40,103 bases of DNA from Jimgerdemannia flammicorona (lineage: Eukaryota), in NCBI GenBank assembly GCA_003990765.1, contig RBNJ01000127.1, positions 1 through 40,103 on the forward strand, read 5' to 3'. The position numbers and the translations under genes were made by a program. The notes beneath the pieces were generated by a model that had not been told where the DNA came from, searched no databases, and saw only the letters and a program-made list of their open reading frames with translations. The stretch's first letter is position 1; every line of letters begins with the position of its first letter. This document shows, one piece after another, positions 34,735 through 40,103 of the stretch.

Positions 34735-36235
34735 TTATTTATCAGCTTTAAAGTATATCTCATAAATTCTTGCACTTATTCCTACTATAACCTTTGGTCC
34801 CATTGCATTGTGTATCATTATCTGTTGTTTGTCATCACCATTTAAAATGCTATATACTGCAAACAGATTGCTGGATATATGGTAATATGTAGCTATCTCC
34901 TGTGTCTTGGTAAATGAAACCCCCTGCACAGTTGTGAGCATTGCTATAAAGATATGCTGGAGATGGCAGCATTGGACTTGTTGTTCAGTGTACAGTATGC
35001 CTGATAGATAATAAAGTATGGTGTTGTGAGATATTTCTGGAGTGCAAGATATGTAGCTCAGTTGATATATTCATCTGAGATGTCATTCAGTTGCTGGATC
35101 TCTATCTTCTTCAGCTCATTGTGCATGGTAAGATAGATAATGGTGTAATCAGTGCTGGATATATACTTGACAAAGAAGCCATCTCTGATATATGTGGTGG
35201 AGATTGCCGATATTATTGCCTGTGGATTGAATGCATTGACCACTACAGAATCGTATTCCTCAATAATATACACAACCTGGTCTGCACCAGAGCACCTTAG
35301 TCATACCTTCTGCTCTACAAAGCATCCATCCTTCATGCTGGTCACCAGATCATCCATGTGCTTCCATTCAATGATCCAGTTTAGCACCAGCTCCATCTTG
35401 TCACTATGCCGACATGTGACCCATACAATGTCTCCAAGCTCCAGTGCATGTACCTCTACCTCAATATGATGTTTCTGCAATTGTGCACAGATGTAGTCAT
35501 GGTTGGCGATGGACCTAATCTCACAGGAATCGAGAATGAGCACCACATCAAAGGTACCAGGGTAGAATATAGTGGGTGTGATAGATGGAAATGATGGTTT
35601 GTCTTCCTCTCCTACTTTTGTCCTTTCTGCTACTTGGAGTGGTCTGGACAGGTGATGTGCCAGTAGTGCTCCAGCATCTGTCAGAAAATACTTAGCTGGA
35701 TTGCTATCCTTATTAATCAATCTCTTTATCACCAAGGTATTTAGTTCTGACAATGTAGCTCTATCGCAATATGGCTGTGCAAGAGGTTTGAGGTCCTTCC
35801 TGGCAATGTGGACATCAGCAGCATGCAGGGCCATGAGAATGACATATGGACTACTACGTAGCCTGGGGGTGTAGGAATGGGGTATGCTACCAGTGGTAGG
35901 TGAATTGGAGTTGTATTTATTGTGTTCTGATAGCTATTTAATTAGCTTGCTGACTATCTGTAGACCAATACCCTTTAGATGGCATGCATCTTGTGGTGAT
36001 GTGAAGGGAATCAGATAGTGTAGAATGGCATTGTAGGCCTGTAGAGTTTGAAGAATATCAGCTCTAAAGATTATATTAAAAATAATAACATCTTTGCAGC
36101 ATGGGTAATGACCTTTTGATATGAATAATATACCTTAGATCCAGTGGCCTGTACTTTATACATGTGCTCTGCAAGACATGCCAGATAGAGTGGGTTTGCA
36201 CAGGATGCATGTTTTGATTTTGATATTGATGGCAT
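34735..36235 (-). pseudogene. MUS81: MUS81 structure-specific endonuclease (HhH, winged helix, ERCC4, HhH2)
   Basis: SCANPLYL..YQK|AY..HLKGIG; YTPRLRSSPYVILMAL; VVLILDSCEIRS, LELGDIVWV, IIEWKHMDDLVTSMKDGCFVEQK (canonical ERK..DDL..SIKDGRF.EQK), VYIIEE, MLTTVQGVS. Confidence 0.92.
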
Positions 36236-36915
36236 GCTGATTATTGTACAAGAGTCTGGCCACTACAACTATTTAAATACTGTAAGTATCCTCACTATAT
36301 CTGTACCCAATATGTATCCATATTTCTGCCACCCCTTAGAGTCTATTACCTGTCCCCCTTGCAATCAACTGCACACTCTAAAGAGTGGCTATACAAGTGG
36401 CAATGTTCAGAGCTACCCTATACTTTACATAATACTAAAGACAAAATATACATTTAATAGCTCTGAATCCATTATAATCAACCCATATACACAAGCCCAT
36501 ATTACAATTAAAACTACTGTCAGCATTCCAGACAATCACTATGAATGTATTATATCACTCCTGGGTTACCACCACACATTGAGATGAGAACTACAACTAT
36601 CTGCTTGGGATATACAGGTGTACTGGGCTTGGAAATATATAATAACCATACTACTCTATATATCATTGACATAGGGGTTGTTCTCTGTGAGCTTGTCACT
36701 AAGCGTATATATAGTAAGGTTATATTTCCCTTTTCTCATCTTTCTTTAATTACATGATATATCTATCTCACTCACTAATATAGTCTATAAGACAGAGGCC
36801 CATCAAGTCACAAAGGCAACTACACAGAATGCCACCTATCTTAAAGCTCTGCTAGAAGCAGTATATATCCCATCTACTATATTTATTTGATCACCAATAA
36901 AATCAAAAGGTACTA

Positions 36916-37347
36916 CTATTTATTTACATATGGCATCTCACTACGAATGTAGTAGGCAAGAATTATATCCTTTGTTACAAGTGTAATACATTTGGCATGG
37001 ATTGTAGCCAGGTAAGAATCTTCAAAAAGCTCAATAATATATGTCTCCACTGTCTCCTACAATATACCAAAAGCAGAGGTCTGGATACAGAGCCCCATCT
37101 TGATGTCTTCTAGTACCTTGTAAACCAAGCATATAAAGGGAGCCTTTTTTATGAGCAGTTCTGTAGATCTTTGGTATTTTTGGATCTCTCGAAAGGCAAC
37201 TATCCCAGAATGATAACAATGGGGTCTCTTGATTCTGCCTCTTACAAGGATTATTTCACATGGAGCTAGGATCATTTTGTGTAGAGCTGGGACCATTTTG
37301 TATGGTATCTTATTATGCTTCTGAGGGTTGGGTTGCTTTTGACACAT
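36916..37347 (-). pseudogene. H3: Divergent intronless histone H3
   Basis: KRPHCYHSGIVAFREIQKYQRSTELLIKKAPFICLV..IQTSAFGIL*ETVETYIIELFEDSYLATIHAKCITLVTKDIILAYYIRSE covers the whole H3 fold; N-tail non-canonical. Confidence 0.92.
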
Positions 37348-38016
37348 TTGTAATCATTTTTGGAGTGTGATATAATGTGTGGGATAGATAGATACTTCTT
37401 GACAGTTTAAATAGCATTTGGCTGGCTAGTATCATGCTGTGTTCTCTATTCATATGATAGTATACAGGTGATCTCCATTTCTAAGTATTTATTAATTCAC
37501 AGCTAGTATCATATAGAGGAGTGCATAGTTGTGATTTTTATAACAGCAGCCATCAAACTGGATACAATATATATCTTTTATCAGAATATGTATGGTCAGG
37601 TATGAAATAATATATTACTTTATATGTCTTTGTATTTTCTGTACATTGATTCTTACCAGCTATTGTTTATATGTTATTAATGTGCCATGGTCTGTAGGAT
37701 CCATTTCTCCAGCAACTACTGTAATGCATTCTACCAGAGAGGTTGTAGTATATGTACAATCAACCTAGTCCTTGGAGGGAACAAGTGGCATATTTTCAGC
37801 AAACTATGTAGATACTTTCAAATGCTGGTTCAATATATGTGTGCAACACAGTCCAGTTATTTTCCACAGGTGTCTGGATATGCAGAATATATCTATAAGT
37901 TTGTTTTCCATATCCAGATTTGAAAATATAATGAAATATATACTATTTACTGTCATTTCAAATTAGTTGGCCATATCTTTCACACTGTGGATATTTCAAT
38001 TTCTTCACTCTGGACA

Positions 38017-39345
38017 TTTTTTTTTTTATAGTCACTTAGACTCTGCCATTTATTACCAGTCTATTAATAAGTTTACAGTATATCCTCCCACTACCTGATC
38101 CCCATAGAGGGGCTACTCCCCACACCTTTATGAACAAAGACCACTCTCTCACCTGCAACTCCAATCCTCCCCCCACTCTGCTCACAGATTTTCTCCACTA
38201 ACTAATGCCTTTGACCACTCTGCAACTCCCAACCAAGCCACCAGCCTGTCAAGATGTCTTCCATAAGGCTACACTACCACAACAGCCAGATCTCTAAGCC
38301 TAGTCTCCTCCCATCCTCAAAAACAAATAACCAGTGACTTGTCAGCTCCACCCAAATGACCAAAGCCCAGCCTAATGTAAGTCATTCCTTCCCCACCCCC
38401 CCCCACCAATCTATCCCTCAAATTCTTCTACTGCCCCCGCATGCCAACTCCCCTACACTCTATCTCCAAATGATCTCCAACAGTCTGCCAAAAGGCACTA
38501 AGTACCTTACACTCTCCTAGCCAATGTTCAGGTGTCTACACATATCCCCCTTCTTGCTCTACATTATAATACTCTTTACAGTCAAAGCAACCCCCCTCAA
38601 TAAGGTGACCTGAGTGGAAGTTGAGCATGACATTCTGCCTCAGCATGCACCACCAGGCCACCCAGTACTTTGGCGGTATCCATCTCCTCACCTCAGCACT
38701 CCAGGCCCAAATGCTATGCCAGTCCCACTCCTCACTAATTCCAACTCCTTGCCAACTGCTAGGCCACAGATCCTGGCCTGGTCCCCATTGGCATTCTATC
38801 CCATCACTAATATCAAACTCAATTAAGGAAATGCCTCCCAGCAACACTCAGTCCCATCTCCACATTACCGGGTCCCAAGCCACCTCCCCTTCATTTCCCT
38901 GCCACCAAATTCCAATGCAGTGCACCCCCTCTGCCACCCTCCACCAGAAGCCTTTGTATTACAATTGTTCAGTATTCTGAAGGCCAACAAATGCTAGGAG
39001 ATCGCCAGTCAAACCTCTCAGTGAGGACCTCATCTCCCAGATTTTCTGCAATAGGGGGACCCAATCTCTCCCTCTCAACTCCACTACTCTCTTCAGCCAC
39101 CATGCTCTCAAGCAGTGCAGCCTCTTAGAAAAGTCAACCAGCCTAAGTCCACCACTTGCCACCAGTAAGGACAAGATCTCTCAGCTGATCTAACTCCATA
39201 TTCCAGCCCAGATCCACCCCTTGGCCAGCTTCATCAATCACTTCACCACCCAAGCTGGGAAGTCCAAATGATAAGTCATATACCACAACTTCAGCAGCCA
39301 ATAGATGTTCAGAATCAAAACATGCCCTGCTAGAGACAATTGGTG
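38017..39345 (-). mobile_element. 5'-truncated L1/Tx1-like LINE (post-RT region, CCHC finger, 3' UTR, poly(A))
   Basis: QLSLAGHVLILN..KLWY..WIWAG..GGLRLVDF..CLRAWWL; CFDC..TPEHWLGEC..FW; AATAAA then poly(A) (poly-T at 38017-38028 on +). Confidence 0.8.
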
Positions 39346-39452
39346 CAGGGGGGGGCCCCCCTAGGGGAATTGGATAGGGGTTGGGATCATTGTAATTATA
39401 TAGACTAGTTCGGTAATAAAGGGCAGTCCAAGAGACTATAAAAAAAAAAAAA
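39346..39452 (+). mobile_element. Short 3' stub of a related LINE ending in poly(A)
   Basis: ggtaataaagggcagtccaagagactataaaaaaaaaaaaa resembles the minus-strand LINE end ggtaataaatggcagagtctaagtgactataaaaaaaaaaaa. Confidence 0.55.
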
Positions 39453-40103
39453 GATATTCTTAAGTCTCATCCTATTGAACTACAAATATTATCTCATATC
39501 AATTTCATTATCCTTAGTTAATTTGGCAGATAACAAATATGAAATTGAATTTAAGCATACTCTAGTCAATCTGATATTTGAAACTAATATAATATTTAAT
39601 ATCTCTTTCCTCCTTTCTTCTCTTTATAAGATTATCAATATTGACTCAATTAATGGAATAATCTGTATAATGTTTGGATTTAGAGATTATATTCTGAAGA
39701 TTTACCAAATGACTAATTGTTGTAATAGTATCTATATATAATTTAATAATAGGAAAAAGGCTTGTGCTCTGGATATTATAAAATAGCTCTGTTCTCTCTA
39801 TAATAGAAATCAATATTCTATAGGAGTTAGTTTGAAAACAATATATTTGGATTGTATATCTATTGATTTCATTATTTAAGAATACTAATATATGGATTTT
39901 TAATTCAAAAACAGAAATATTAATATGATATCAATGCAAAGATTAATATTTGAGTACTTAAGCTGACCTCATTTACATTATAAAATATAGTATATTCAGC
40001 TATAAAGTTAGTAATAAGTAATTACAGTATATATATATATTCAAATATTTTTCTTTCTTTTTAGTCATAAAAAAATAATAATAGACCTATTTTTTCCAAA
40101 AAA

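Larger units (their letters stand above)
12591..37970. mobile_element. Putative decayed giant mobile element / endogenous virus-derived region (boundaries unresolved)
   Basis: Compact array of co-eroded DNA-metabolism and chromatin pseudogenes including a virus-like exonuclease; shared C>T erosion; secondary TE insertions; no mobilisation gene seen. Confidence 0.55.

Noticed and set aside
39453-40103. Very AT-rich tail as a gene or organellar insert
   Set aside because: No recognisable motifs in any frame; most consistent with extremely eroded repeat sequence.

Overview
Eukaryotic (fungal) genomic DNA with spliceosomal GT-AG introns. The gene families present (SAM-like CRN header, Crinkler N-terminus, PD-(D/E)XK CR-REase) point to a Mucoromycota-type host; this is inference. 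The window has two compartments. (1) About 1-12.5 kb is CpG-rich host-like sequence: a SAM-domain gene start, two ornithine cyclodeaminase/mu-crystallin pseudogenes, local segmental duplications, a 20-bp minisatellite/foldback and an orphan ORF. (2) About 12.6-40 kb is an increasingly CpG-depleted, C>T-eroded region densely packed with pseudogenes that I reconstructed by hand across stops and introns. In order: a helical-domain gene, an H3-tail-mimic gene, a Ulp1/SENP SUMO protease, a CRN/REase, RPA1-like gene no. 1, an intronless YqaJ/lambda exonuclease resembling asfarvirus D345L, RPA1-like gene no. 2 (split by a complete Ngaro tyrosine-recombinase retrotransposon), a ~240-bp palindrome, a PIF1 helicase, MUS81, a divergent histone H3 and L1-like LINE remnants. 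The exonuclease + two SSBs + PIF1 + MUS81 + H3 variant + SUMO protease cluster looks like the recombination/replication and chromatin module of a silenced giant mobile element or endogenised asfarvirus-related virus. No capsid, polymerase or element-level transposase/integrase is visible in this window, so its nature is unresolved. All family assignments are motif recognition by eye; no database search was run.
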